Positions 22,568 through 35,487 of a DNA stretch of 64,000 bases are shown piece after piece. Position 1 is the stretch's first letter; each line of letters starts with the position of its first letter. A program made the position numbers and the translations under genes. The stretch covers positions 1,684,801-1,748,800 of the forward strand of contig MU004184.1 of NCBI GenBank assembly GCA_010093605.1, written 5' to 3'. This DNA comes from Lophium mytilinum. Its lineage: Eukaryota. The notes under the pieces are model-generated. The model was not told where the DNA came from, did no database searches, and was given only the letters and a program-made list of their open reading frames with translations.

Positions 22568-23638
22568 ATGGCGTCCGCGCGTACCATATCGAAAACCTCC
22601 CGAAAGGTCTCCATCGCGACGTCTCCGAGACCACATCCCTCAAGTGACCGGCCCTCAGGGGTCGTATATTTCTGGGCTGCTCTCGGCGTCGGCATCGTCG
22701 CCTTATTCATCAACAACGTCGTGCGCTGGTCTCTCTCTGAAGACTTCGTCCGCTCTGATCCCGGACCAGACCCATACCCCTACCTCGCAATCCTCCGAGG
22801 GACAGAAGCCCTATCATGCACCATCTTCATTCTATTAGGAACCCGTACCCTCATCCTCCCCTGGCTCCGAACCGGCGTCCCTAGTCTCGACGGCAAGCTA
22901 TTCCTCGGCGGCGTCTCCGCCTCCACCCTCGACATCCTCTTCGCCGTATTCCAACCCACCTAAGCCATGAACGCCCACGGCCTCGCCTACGGTAGCTGGT
23001 CGCGCAGCATCCCCCTCTTCCCGGGACCAGGCGCCCACAAAGTCCCGTGGGGGCTTCTATGGTGCCTCCCCGCCTACATCTGGCTCGGCGTCGGCGCCGC
23101 CATCTTCGGCTGCTCGCTCCTCGACGCCCTCCGCCGGAAATTCCCGGGTATGAGCACGATGGCGAGCTACGCAGTCGTGCAGGCAGCCTACTACTCCATC
23201 TTCTTCTGTCTCGCGACCTTCTGGAATAGACACCAGGTGTACACGTACGTTTCGGCGCCGCGCGCGCTGACGGCGTGGTATGGCGAGGTGCACCAACTAC
23301 CACTGTACGAGCCGTTCTTGATCGGGCTGTACTGCTGGGGGTATACGTGGCTGCGGCTTTCGCGGGATGCGGCGGGCAGGTGTGCGATTGATCGGGAGGT
23401 GGATGGGCTGCAGATTAGTAGGTTTCAGAGGGAGGTGCTGAGTACGTTGGCGGTTTGTGGGTGGGCGACTGTGGTGACGGTGGTTGCGTATATGGTTCCG
23501 TTTAGTTGGCTGAGTATGCTGGGGGATGGGCATCCGGTGCTACCGAGTTTCTTGCAGCAGGGGATTTGGTGCGGGCAGCCCGGGGGGCCGTTGTGTCCGG
23601 GGCAGATGCTTGGGGTGATGAGGGAGAGGGGGGTGTAA
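22568..23638 (+). pseudogene. Spirocyclase AveC-like multi-pass membrane protein interrupted by an in-frame TAA (22961-22963)
   Basis: ORFs 22568-22963 and 22967-23638 are in the same frame; WAALG..., DPGPD, LDGKL..G, NA...GSW...IP, QLPLYE motifs recall the AveC/DUF5135 family; intronless. Confidence 0.7.
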
Positions 23639-23937
23639 GGCCCGGTATTCCTTGGCTGTGTCAAAGAGTAGTCTAGTCGCGTGTGAGTGATGATTAGCGT
23701 GCAGGTGTGTCCGTAGAAACTGCCGTATCGAGTAATTTGTCAATATATACGTGATAGAAGATGTGATTACTGTTCATGCGGAAATCCGTATGGGGAGTGA
23801 GTGATCTACCTAAACAATCAAAGCTAAACAAATGTATTACAGAGTCTAAGTCGCAGCAAACATAGGAAAGGGTATGTTATCCGATATAGCATCAAAAATC
23901 CACAATTATACGCGAGACACCCGGTTGCCATCCTGAC

Positions 23938-24946
23938 TTACTCCCCATGTTTCTGGAGCTCCGTCTCCGTATATTCCCACAACTTCTTCGCTAGCCCATC
24001 ATCCTGTGCAAACTTGCTTCCCGGCTTCAAGATCCCAATCGGCTGGTAGTAGGCGCCACTCTTCACATCTGCCGTTGGTGCCGTCGCGGCCCACAGGGAG
24101 TTCTTCGCACCAGCTTGCACGTTCGGTAGCAAGAGGCCTGGAACGAACGGACCGAGAGTGCGCAAGAGCCAGAAGCAGAAGCGCGCGAAAGCGTTGGTTT
24201 GGAAGTCGTCGTAAAGGTTGGTCAGGATAACGCCTGGGTGAACAGCTACGGATTTGATGGTGGGATAGTGCTGTGCAAGCTCGCGGGCGAAAAGGATGTT
24301 GGAGAGCTTGGATTGGCCATAGCGAGCCCAGGTGCCTTCCTTCTCGAGTGCGGCTTGGTCCCAGACGAGGCCTTTCTTGGGTGCCATCATGTGGCCCATT
24401 GAAGAGAGATTAACGATGCGGACATCAGAGTTGGGTTCCTCTGCCGTTCTGAGGAGGGTGGGCAGGAGAAGCTTGGTGAGGAGAGCGTGGCCCATGTGAT
24501 TCGTGCCAAACTGGATCTCGTAGCCTTCTTTCGTGAGACTGTACGGGGTCGCCATAATACCGGCATTGTTGATGAGGATGTCGAGGCGCGGAGACGAACG
24601 CGTGAAGATGTCGGCTGCGGAGCGAATGGAGCTGAATGAGGTTAGGTCGAGAGGAAGAAACTCGACCTGTGCATCAGGCACGGTTTTCTTGATTTCTACA
24701 ATTGCAGCTTCAGCTTTGGATGCCGTTCGTGCGGCGAGGTAGATCTTCGTGGGATGGTGGGCAGCGAGCTGGAGAACTGTCTCCTGACCAAGGCCAGCAT
24801 TGCCTAAGGAATGTTAGAGCCATCAGGTGATTGTGATCAGGACATGCGATATCAGTATTCAGTTTTTACATACCTCCAGTGACTAAGATGACTTTGCCTG
24901 AAAGATCTGGAATGTCCTTCGCGGGTTCAAATGTCTTGCCTCCCAT
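23938..24946 (-). CDS. Short-chain dehydrogenase/reductase (retinol dehydrogenase/WWOX-like); exons 24946-24874, 24803-23938
   Basis: IPDLSGKVILVTG-GNAGLG, LINNAG, FGTNHMGH, YGQSK catalytic YxxxK, VHPG. Confidence 0.93.
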
Positions 24947-26537
24947 TGTGAAGAAAGTGTCGATAAAAACCGGTACAAGGAGTAGGATAGAGATAATATT
25001 AGAGGTGATTTGTTGGAGGGTTGAGATGATTGAAGAGGATCTGTTGATGACTAGACTGGTTTGAATTGGATCTGAAGTCGAAGCAGCGAGGGCTGGCTGT
25101 CCCTTTATACCAGTGTTGGGATGGCGAGACAGCATCGTTGACGTCGGCCGGCCATGTTCACTCAACTCGCACGGCCAAAGTTCCTCCCGATATGCACGGG
25201 CCAGGGTATCCTGCCGCACGTATGTTCCAAACAGAGAAAAGAGGCGGTCTCGTCCGTGCCGAATCCAAAGGCCGCTTTAGGGCTCTTTGCGAACCACACC
25301 AAAATAACCACAACTCACACAGACCTTTATTGATGTTCATCATTGAACTCAATAACGTGAGGTGCATGGAGAGACTTTACTCCAAATGCGTTTTACGGAA
25401 ATCAGATAAGGTTTGGGCAAACTGTGTTTGCTCGAGTGTGGTGGGCACAACCCACATATTTTGGGTCCGAAGAGCGGGCTTGCGCGGATCGCTTGGAGGC
25501 GTTCAGCAGGCAAAAGCTCCTTGCATACTGTGTTCCTACCTCAGAATAACTAGAATGTTGAAAATAGACGATCAAAGGCCGGTACCTTTTATGATTACTT
25601 GCCATCTTGGCCGTGAAAGCCCGACCTTGCTACTTCGGTAATAGCAGCGGGAAGACTGTCTCCGCTTTGGCGCCACCACCTCATCACTCATGGTGCCGAG
25701 GTCTTGCTGCGTATTCACAACTAGAATTTTGTAAGCGGGTTCATACAGTGCCATGTATGTAATGTCCGTAGCAACACGAGTGTCGTCGTCGTCCATGCTG
25801 ATGCCAAGCCTAGGTCAGCGGGTTGCCTAACCGTCCGGATGAAGCTTAGAGACTTTTGTTAGTCTCTAAATGGCTCATATAGTTCAAGTAGCTATCAAAG
25901 CTTATTCGAAAGACGTTACATACTTCATGTTTATATGCTTAAGGCGTCTATGCTTCATACTATATTATTACATATACCCTACCCCCACTAGGTCTTATTT
26001 CCGGCGCATACGGAGCACCTCTGGTCCTGCCTCTGGCATCTGGGTTTCACGAACGTGACAAACTTCTAGCTGAATTGTTTCTTGACAATACTAATAGTAC
26101 TTCAGTGTAGTAACAGACACCTAGGGCTACAAGTCAATATTAATGTCATTCACACTTTTCTTCCACTGCCTGGGTGGCAGGTAAGGCGTCAGAACTGTCG
26201 AAATAATAGGCCTGAATCTCTAATCAGACTGCTGGCCGTTGGTCAAAGCACCTTAGACGGCGTTTAGAGAAGTGTTAGAGAGCTGATATCTTAGTGCTGT
26301 AGTAGCCGTGCTTCCCCCGATTTCAGAAGTGTCGATCCATGCATGATTTCAGATTTCTTCGCAATAAGCCATGGAAACGTATGGAGAAAATTGTGGTTTG
26401 GTATTTTTGACTCGGCACCCATATGCTTCGTGTCGTCACCTCATCGCAAACATTCCACGATAGAGCAAGCACCAGCAAAATAGCCCTACCCGCCGAACCG
26501 ACATAGAATTAACACCTGATCATCAAGAGAAATCCGC

Positions 26538-27442
26538 CTAGTACCTCTTGCCTTCCCTCAGCACGTCGCTGTACTCCTCCAGCGGGCTGCGGTGCAGAGT
26601 ACGAGCCTCCCACAGGTTGGGTGTCAAGAAGCCGTAGGTGTTGGTGACGGCGACGAAGGTGGCCTTTAGTGTGTTCTCTAGGGTCTTGGTGGATCCGGCA
26701 GAGGCGGTGTAGATGTCCTGGACACCGGCAAGCTGGAGGAGACGCTTGACAGCAGGCGATGCGACGAGACCAGTGCCACGGGGAGCAGGGATAAGCTAGA
26801 AGAGGGTTAGATAGGGATTCCAAAGTTAGGACCGGATCATTGAAAGTGCTCTACACGTACCCTCACAGTGACACTGCCGCACTTGCCAGACTCCTTGGTG
26901 GGGAGAGAATGAGGTTCACCGAGGTTGGTGCCCCAGTAGCCACGACGGATGGGAACAACGCTGAGCTCTAGAATCACACTGTCAGAAGTGTCTCAAGTAG
27001 CATTGCACAGTTTCCACTCACTCGCAATGATGATAGCGGCGCGGATAGCGGTCGCGACTTCCTTGGAAGTCTTGATGCCGAGTCCAATGTGGCCCTCCGA
27101 GTCTCCAATGACGACGATGGCCTTGAACCTGGTGCGCTGACCGGCGCGGGTCTGCTTCTGCACGGGCTTGATCTTCATGACCTCGTCCTTGAGCTTGGGC
27201 AGGAAGAAGTCCACGATCTGGTACTCCTTGATCGGCAGCGAGTGCAGGTAGATCTCCTCCATCGACTTTATCTTGCCAGCCTTCACCAGACGGCCCAGCT
27301 TCGTCACCGGCTGCCATTCCTTCTCCTCGCTCTTCCCGCCGCCACGGCGTCCACGGCCTCGTCCACGTCCACGTCCACGGTCTCCTCCACGGTCGCCGCG
27401 CGAACCGAATCCGCCTCCGCCGCCTCGGGGAGCGTCAGCCAT
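26538..27442 (-). CDS. rps2: 40S ribosomal protein S2 (uS5); exons 27442-27022, 26967-26861, 26795-26538
   Basis: RG-rich N-terminus, [44 protein letters not shown]. Confidence 0.97.
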
Positions 27443-28232
27443 ATTGTATTGTTGGTGAGGTAGTCGGTACTAGGGTTAAGGTTAGAATGGCGGTTTCGAT
27501 ATTTCGCTGACCCAGGCGGGGTGGAGGGTTCTAAGATTCCACGTACACTGAGGCCTCGGAGCTGCAATTGAGTGTTAGTAAGATTGTTTCTAGGTGCGCT
27601 ACGTTTTGAGTAGATGGGACGGTCTTCTTACCTTGTTGTTGGGGCGTTGCTGGCTTGCTGCGTCGTCGTCGTCGTGCGGGCGATTTTCGAGAAGTGTGTT
27701 TCGCTTCTGAAGTGCGCTAGTGGGGCTTTCACTGCCGCGCTCCTATTGGCTCTTACAGTCACGACTTCTCCCTCCGTCTTCAGGGGTGATAAATAGCTAT
27801 AATCCCAGTTCCTTAGCTATAATGCGCTGGGCTCTTTAGGTATTATGAAATCAAAAAGGGCGTGCATCATACGGCATATGAAGCTAGAGTTCACCATCAC
27901 CGATCACAGAACTTCAATGTACATACACACGTGAAAAGACACATTTACGATGGTTTTTGCTTTGATTGATATGTAAACTTGTTTGTCCAAGATCTTTGTT
28001 CATTTGTTTTTGCGGCTGCATGAAGGCTTCCGGTTCGTTCTCAGAATTAGAAGTGAGTATCAACTCGCCGAGCCATCTCAAGCGCTGTGTCATCCTGTTG
28101 GGCTGTTGAGGCCCTGCGTCATGGTCTTCAAAGTGTAAGTCATGACTTTAAAAAGTGGAGCGGTTTATAATGCTACGAAGCCACTGTTAGAAGAAGTTCG
28201 CGCCCAGGAACCGTGTCGTGCTCTTCCAAACC

Positions 28233-29482
28233 CTAGATGGTCCAGATGACGGCTCTTCCATCGACACCGGTGGCTAGATCACGATTAGCAATACTAAAAG
28301 TGCAATTCGAGAGGTAAACCTACTGCTGAGCTTCTTGACAATTCCTCCGCTTTCTTCGTAGCTGCGAATTGTGCTGATCGTGTTCTGATGAACGGTCTTA
28401 AGCTTGGTGTCATCCGAAGACTTGCCCTTCAGGTCCATCTGCCGGAACATGTTCAGGGCAGACTCCTCCCGCTGATCCTGGAGTCCCGGGCGTCCTTTTG
28501 CTGCTTCCAAAGATCCAGCTAGCTGCCAGCCTTGTTCACTGCCTTGAAGTCGGTAGGCTTCACAGTCCTGTAGAAGCGGGTATCAGTAATGAAGAAAGCA
28601 CTCCCCCTTGATCAACTTACATAACCTGCGGCAATGATTTCGCTCTCACTGCTCCAAATCAGGCTCATGAAAGGCAAAACTTGAGTGCTAATGCTCAAGA
28701 TAGCCTTTGGAGGCTGGTCCGCTCCGCTAGGGTAAACGACAGTAACGGTGCTGTCATGTGCGGCGAATGCCAAAGCGTCTCCACTAGGAGAGAACGCAAC
28801 ACTGTGCACCCAACCAGCTGTGTTGTTCAGGAACTCGCCACAAACGGTATTGAATGGTAACCGTTCTCCCCATGGCGATGGTTCTGGCCGCGCATCCACA
28901 CCTTTGATGAAACTCGAGAAGACTCGAGCATGTCCGTCCGTTGATCCCGCAGCGAGAAGCACCGAGTTGGGGTGCCACGCCACCGTAGTGATAGTGCTCC
29001 GGATAGGCTTCTTCAGGTGCTTAGATACCCACCAGTTGTCCTCCTCTTCAAAGTAGCATACAGGTATCAGGCGAGCTCCGGAGCCTACGGCGAACTTGGT
29101 CTCAGAGGGTGCCCAGCGAACACAGGTAGCGGCACGGTTGATACGGAGGAGAACAAGAGTAGGCTTCCAGCCCTGGGGAGACGGCTCCCAGACGTAGGCA
29201 TTTCGATCTAGACAGAGACGTCAGCGTCTACGTTAACGACTATTGTACAACTCAAGTACCTTGCGAGCAAGTGACAATCTTTCCACTGTTGGGAGCGATA
29301 TCCACCCCAGTCACAGTCTTATCGTGGCCGCGTAGCTCGTCCTTCAGCTGGAACTTGCCGCCAGTCTTGCCATAGAGCTCGACGTTATTCTCGCGGGCAA
29401 CGGCCAGCGTCTCGCGATCTGCGGAGAAGGAATGGTCCGCAATAGGGTGGTGGAACAAATGGTGAACCTCTGGGGGAGCCAT
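28233..29482 (-). CDS. arc40: Arp2/3 complex 41-kDa WD40 subunit (ARPC1); exons 29482-29260, 29207-28621, 28567-28324, 28273-28233
   Basis: IVTCSQDRNAYVW, PTLVLLRINRAAT, WVSKHLKKPIRST, WHPNSVLLAAGSTD, TVHQNTI, GVDGR..IW. Confidence 0.95.
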
Positions 29483-29685
29483 AGTGAACCAGGAGAATGT
29501 GCAATAGGAGGATCTCTCTACTATTGCTCTAATGTATAGTATCGAAAGCAGTGACGCGGTGCCTGGAAGTGAGATGGTGGGGTGGGCGGAAGTGATGTCG
29601 GCGCACAGACTTTTGACGGAGACGTCAACCTCGCGCGTGAAGAACTTCGACGTCCAGCTTCTTTCAACCTCGCACAGCTGCGATC

Positions 29686-30314
29686 ATGGCTACGACTTCC
29701 ATGGCTATACAGTCGCGAGGGGCGCCCAGAGAGCAGCCGAATCAGACGTGAGTAGTCCTCCCTCCTCCGTTCCTCTTTCACTTTAATTTCGTCAAGACTC
29801 TACTGCAGCAACCTCCCCGACAAGCTCCAGAAGGCGGATCTCAAGCGCTCACTGTACCTCCTCTTCGTTACCTATGGCCCCATCCTCGACATCGTGGCCC
29901 TCAAGACCTCCAAAATGCGCGGGCAGGCTCATATTGTGTTTCGGGATATCCAAGCAGCCTCACAAGCTATGCGCGCACTGCAAGGATTCGAGTTCTTTGG
30001 CAAAGACATGGTGCGTTCGCCTTTTCACTAAGACTGTAGTTGAGTGCTCATCGAAACAGAAACTTGCGTACGGGAAGGGCAAATCTAACAGCATCGCGAA
30101 ACTGGATGGGACCTTCAAGATTCCAGTCATGGAGAAGGAGACTGGACCATTGTCGGTACTACCGGAGACTTTCGGCGGCCTCCCGCCAGGAGCTGAAGAG
30201 GGGCAGAACAACCAGGGCACTAAGAGGACACGAGATGACGAGAGTGACAATGAGGATGCGCCAATGGAGGAGGAGGATGAGGACGCTGCCATGGAAGAGT
30301 CAGATTCAGATTGA
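29686..30314 (+). CDS. U2 snRNP B''/U1A-family RRM protein; exons 29686-29747, 29797-30010, 30060-30314
   Basis: PNQT-LYCSNLPDK...LKRSLYLLF.TYG.ILDIVALKT.KMRGQAHIVF...FFGKDM-KLAYGKGKS, the U1A/U2B'' RRM1 signature. Confidence 0.9.
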
Positions 30315-30595
30315 GTGGTCCAGAGACATAGGCGCGTTCACGGTCAAAAATACCCCACCGTCTGAGATACGGAACGGATGAGCATCACAAAAGGTATCTT
30401 GCATTTCAAAAGCATAGATTAACTATTTGTTCAATTCTAATACTAGTCAGACGCACTTCGGCTTGCTTCCCTAGCTGTCGCTCAGGTCCCTTAAGTCGGA
30501 CTTTTGGAAAAAGTGTAGGCTTTTGTGACATTGGATTGTAGGGCAAACCCTCCGCGTGGAAGACAGAGCATGTTGTTTGATGAGGCCGATTGCTC

Positions 30596-31359
30596 TCATG
30601 AAGCGTCCCCGTTCGCGTGTGTACTATTCGCTTGTCCAATTGCGATAGCAGTTGGCACTTGCAGCCCCGCGCATCCTCCCACTAGGCCCATCCAAAGTAA
30701 GATGTATTTGTCTGATGTAATCTTGCTCTCTTGGAAGCTTGCTCTAAGCGCGTCTACTGTGTTGCACGGGTGGACAAAGAACACCGGTCTGTTAGTAGCT
30801 GGGTGGTCCTATACTCTTGGTCAGAATAGTCAAAGACAGCTCTAAAGCTACTTACAGCCATCGTGATGCCGCCTAAGACCCCAAAATGCCTCACGTGCGA
30901 CTTGAACTGCTCGGGAATGACGTGCTCGTAGAGTGACTCGATAGTTGGCGGTACCACGCCATTTCGGTCTTCGAGATTGATGTAAAGCACTGGTACCTGG
31001 TATATTGGGGACAAGAACACTTCGTATTCTATACGCATTTCGCTTTCACCAGTGCTGCGTGATTGAAGTGCCTCCTAGCCTCTCTTAGCCCCAAATCCAT
31101 CTAGAATGCATGGAATTGAGTATACCTCATCATCTTCGTGTACTTCATCTTCTGCTTCATCAGAATCTGACTGCGCTCGATCGATGGCCCGATGGAGGGT
31201 TCTTGTGATGCGCAGATAGGCTAAGTCTTGCTTAAATAACTCTACACGGCTCCATTCGTTCTGTAGGTGACCACAAAGACCGAATCTAGTAACGATGGCT
31301 TGGCAAGCTTGTTCGAACTCCCAGGCAGTTATCAATGGAAACGAAACTAATGGCTCCAT
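30596..31359 (-). CDS. atg10: Autophagy E2-like conjugating enzyme Atg10; exons 31359-31126, 31074-30856, 30808-30596
   Basis: EFEQAC, IEYEVFLSPIYQVPVLY, ITMA-DHP...FFVHPCNT (catalytic Cys), YILLWMGLVG. Confidence 0.9.
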
Positions 31360-31848
31360 TATGAGTGCTCTGAGCGCAAGCTGCTACAAAGGTATGACCG
31401 ATCTTGAGCAGGTAGTGCAACCGAGAACGAATTGAAGAGCTGCGCGGCGTGTGTATGTTGCGCTTGACGGAGCTCTACGGGTAGCTCACACAAACGCAAG
31501 TGTTTAGAGAACTAGACAAATGCATGGCCGTAGAGATTGCGGAGTTGTAGAGGATATTAAGTGACTAGGTCAGTGAATGAAAGGCAGACCATTCCAATTG
31601 GACCACAGCGCTACTAGGTAGCCGAGAAATGGCGCTAGTATATTATATATCCCAGACGACACCCAGAGGTATCAAGCCAACAAAATTGGGTTGTTCATGT
31701 TTGGACATTAATGGAACCAGGGAATTGCAAAGTTATCGTTTGATCTGAAAAATTGGGGCGGATCATGGAGATTCATCCACTTGGAACGCTCGCAGTTCGG
31801 TATGTCTATGCTATGCCCCAAACCTTGGTCGATATCGTACAAGACCGT

Positions 31849-32969
31849 CTAGTCCTCCATCTTCTCATCATCATCGTCGTCATCATCCAGAGCCTTCTTC
31901 GCCAGCCGCTCCGCCTCCTCGAGTAGCTCCTTCGGCACCTCCTGATGTCGCCCCTTCGTTGGGCCGTCTAGAGAGCTGACCCACGTCATCTCCAACTCGA
32001 AGTCCTTGTCCTTGCTATCCTCGTGTGCAGCGTAGATGATACGTGCCGCCTCCTTGACACCCTCCTCCAGCGTGAGGTTGCCCGCAGCGAGATCAAGCTT
32101 CTCAAGCTCAGACTTGGCAGATTGCCGTCCTTTGCCTGTTGCCGCACCGTAGTATCCCTACAATACTATTAGTACTGCTCTATACCCATGCCATATGCAG
32201 CTTCGACATACCCAGTACAACCCGCTCGGCTCAATCATGTACAAGAACGGACCGCCATGCTTCACGCCCTCCTTCTTGCCTCCACTGCCAGTCGCAGGTC
32301 CCGATCCTACCTGGCCATCCACTGGTAATTCTACCTCCGGATCCCAGCCACCGACAATCGCTGTGATGCCAAACGGCCGTACGCTGGAGTAGAGGGTGTA
32401 CATTTGCACGTAGCTGCCCATGCGGTTTGCGAGAGCGGAGGTCGGGATTGGGGCCTTGTAGGTGCGTCGCCATTGGGCTGCTTCGTCGCGGGCGCGGGAG
32501 GCGAAGTGACGGCCATCAGGGAGAAGGCCTGAAGAGACCTGTGTGGGCATTGTCAGACTGAATAATCTCACTCCAAATGTTCGGCGCAGACATAAAGGCT
32601 GGCAGGTTGGGGTCGATTGGGGAAGCTTACAACACCCATATTCCGGTCGACAGTAGATATCCGCTTGTTAGCACCGCTCTTGAGCAACTTGCTACTGATG
32701 ATTTTCTCCAGGGCGAGAACAACGCCGTCCTTGCATCTTATGCCGATTGCTGTGCCGCCGTTTTCTACCGCCTTCACTGCATACTCGACCTAATACTAGT
32801 GAGCGCATATTCTCGTAGCTTGCCTTCACGATCCGGAGTATGTACCTGAAAGTTCCTGCCATCGGGGGAGAAGACGGAATTGGAGAGATCGTATCCCGTG
32901 CCTATTGACGTCTGTGGTGCAGGTTAGCCTGCAGCTCATAGAAAGTCGGGGAGGCTAAAGACTGACCAT
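31849..32969 (-). CDS. pre10: 20S proteasome subunit alpha 7; exons 32969-32967, 32911-32846, 32789-32631, 32538-32212, 32157-31849
   Basis: [34 protein letters not shown]...[11 protein letters not shown]...[14 protein letters not shown]...[11 protein letters not shown]. Confidence 0.96.
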
Positions 32970-34069
32970 GGTGATGGATCAGGGGAGTAGAGCTGCGGAA
33001 GATGGTGGTATTGTGAGGGCGTCGCAGTGATGGAGGCGGCGGGGAGCTGTGGGTATCGAGAGTTTACAGCTTCGTGTTGAGGTTCCGTTGCAGGCTACCA
33101 GCTCCGTCGCGTTCATCTTAAGCTTTAGCGCGGATCTAATCACTTGGCGTGTCAACCACTGCGGACTGAGGCACCAATACATTCACGTTGCTCTCGTCCT
33201 ATTCGAGTATAAGTTGCGCAGAAATTGACCACGCACAAGCTCCTGCCTCTAAAGACGTGCTATCTTACGACTTCTCCCGAGAGCTGCAGGCGCGAAGCTT
33301 CCAAGTTGCGCGACTTCTTCGAATGTCGATCTGCTATTTCGAAGTGATGAGCTGGCCGAAAAAAAGGCGAGTCGACAAGTTTCTCTATTGGCGCCCTCGG
33401 CTGCTAGCGGGACGATTTGCGTTTCAGGCTGGTATCCCACTGGCCACCTCATCGTTGGGAAATCCATGAACACATGACCGGCCACGACCTCCGACGCTGC
33501 GGTACTTAAGGACCACGCCGCCCCTCCACATGCATAGGTTTACAGCTACATTCTCCTCTACTTCCCACTAACTTCTGTATTCCGAGTCGTCCCCAACTTC
33601 CTGGCGAGTACTCCGTATTGTCAGCGAAATTGCACGCCTGCGCCCAACAAGAGCCACCTGATAGGCGTAGCTCACGCGCCGGGGACAATAAGGCCTCAAT
33701 AACATCACTGCTCCGGACTGCGGCTGCAACCCACTGCTGGTCCGACTTTTCTCTACTAGACGCTTCCTCATAACTGACGATTCGACTAACACTCAGCCTT
33801 TGAAAAGACGACTGACTCTGTTTCTCCGCTTTGGGTTATACCTCATAGCACAATTTCGCTCTCATGCAACCAGTGCTCGTCCACTACTGCATTTCTTGCT
33901 CTTACAACACCCCTATTCCTTTCTCTCCTGCTGTCTTCTCTCAGAATAACTCTTGCAACCACGTAAGCCCAAAGTCCATTTCTATCAACACTCGCTAACG
34001 CTTACGTCATAGTGCGGTGCAATATCAGTGGGCATCGTCTCTCGAGGGAAAACAGAAGAAGCCGCAAAC

Positions 34070-34978
34070 ATGCAGCAAGATGAGCTCGCGCAGCTGTTCT
34101 CCAACAACCTGACCCTCTCCTCATCCCCCGCCCCTCCCCCTCAGTATTCGCAGGTAGAACCGCCCCCGCAACAGCAGCAGCAGGAACCGCAAGTGCAGCA
34201 GGAGCCTCAAGAACCCTCGCAGCAAGCTCCCGCCCAGCAACCTGTGTACGCCTCGCAGCACTACACTCACACCCACCATGTGGTCCCCATCGTGCATAAG
34301 CCACGCCCCATCCCCACTCCCCTCTCCACCCCCGACCTCGTCGAAGTACTACTCCGTAACAGCGTCGACCCAACCCTCCTCTTCCCCTCCCAGGTCTCCC
34401 TCTTCCAAAATGCCGACGATGACCAACGCCTGCGTCTCCTAGAGCTCTGGCGCATTTCCCCGCCACAGGGCCGCCAGGGTATCCCCGACGGCATCGACTA
34501 CAACACCTCGCGCCAGTTGTACGACTGGCCGCCCACCAGCTTGGCACAGGAAGAGGCGATGGCGAAGTTGAGGTATGAGAGGCAGATGGAGGAGGACCGG
34601 CAGAAGGAGGATATCAGGCTGCATGAGCAGAGACTGCAGGAGAGCATGGATGCAGACTCGGCGGCTGTTGAGGCGACGCGTCAGATGCTGTCGAGCCCAG
34701 AGAGGCAGATTGCGGAGCCGTATATTCTCTCGGGGTATGAGGCTCTTGCGGCGCGGGAGTACGAGCGCTCGGCGCAGGAGGAGCAGGGGCTGCGGGAGAG
34801 CACGAAGTATAACCAGGCTATTGATCCGGTGTACAAAGGCAACGGGAATGGGCTGTGGGGGAAGCATATTGGGGTTGTGGATATGGAGAACCAATATGGG
34901 CAGTATGAACACATGAGGGAGTACGATTCTCCAGGTCCTCAAGTTATGGTCTACGGAGACGATGATATGATCATGTGA
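34070..34978 (+). CDS. Fungal hypothetical protein (Q/P-rich N-terminus)
   Basis: 302-aa ORF from ATG 34070 in a good context (AAACATG); YASQHY.H, VDPTLLFPSQ.SLF..A...QRLRLLELW, AEPYILSGYE blocks look conserved; probable 5'UTR intron 33963-34012. Confidence 0.75.
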   Translation: MQQDELAQLFSNNLTLSSSPAPPPQYSQVEPPPQQQQQEPQVQQEPQEPSQQAPAQQPVYASQHYTHTHHVVPIVHKPRPIPTPLSTPDLVEVLLRNSVDPTLLFPSQVSLFQNADDDQRLRLLELWRISPPQGRQGIPDGIDYNTSRQLYDWPPTSLAQEEAMAKLRYERQMEEDRQKEDIRLHEQRLQESMDADSAAVEATRQMLSSPERQIAEPYILSGYEALAAREYERSAQEEQGLRESTKYNQAIDPVYKGNGNGLWGKHIGVVDMENQYGQYEHMREYDSPGPQVMVYGDDDMIM

Positions 34979-35487
34979 GGAAGGGAAGAGAGGGCAGGAC
35001 TTGGACGTTAGAAGTGTGGAGCTATTGTGGATGACCTTGGGCACTGTCACGCTTCGAGTGTGCTGTAGATGGCTGTATTGTTCCTGCACACTCTCACCTT
35101 TGTATCTTTCGTTTGGTCGATTAGCTGGATGGCCGAAAGAGGAGTAGGATGTTGATACCAGGCGAAGTCTCTGCTCATGAGTATTCCCAATTCTTTAGCT
35201 TACAGTGCGTAGTATTGTCTGCGTCACTTTTGGAGGTTAATAAAGAGAGTGATGACAATCCCGAAGGAAGTTCATTAGTCGAAGATTGTTATAAGACTCA
35301 TAATAGCCTCTCAACTTCAGTAGAAGAGAGTCCTTTCATTCCACGCTTAATGCCAGAAAGTCTAGTGCCATAATACATGTGCCTTTCCAATACCCCCGGA
35401 TTGGTGCCTGAATGATTGTATTGGCCTGCCTCGACACAACACTTTGCTCTTCTCCCAGGGTGACGTCCGACTACACATGTGGCCTCT

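Noticed and set aside
22946..22964. Tiny intron (GTATT...CTAAG) removing the AveC-like stop
   Set aside because: Only 19 nt and it would shift the frame.
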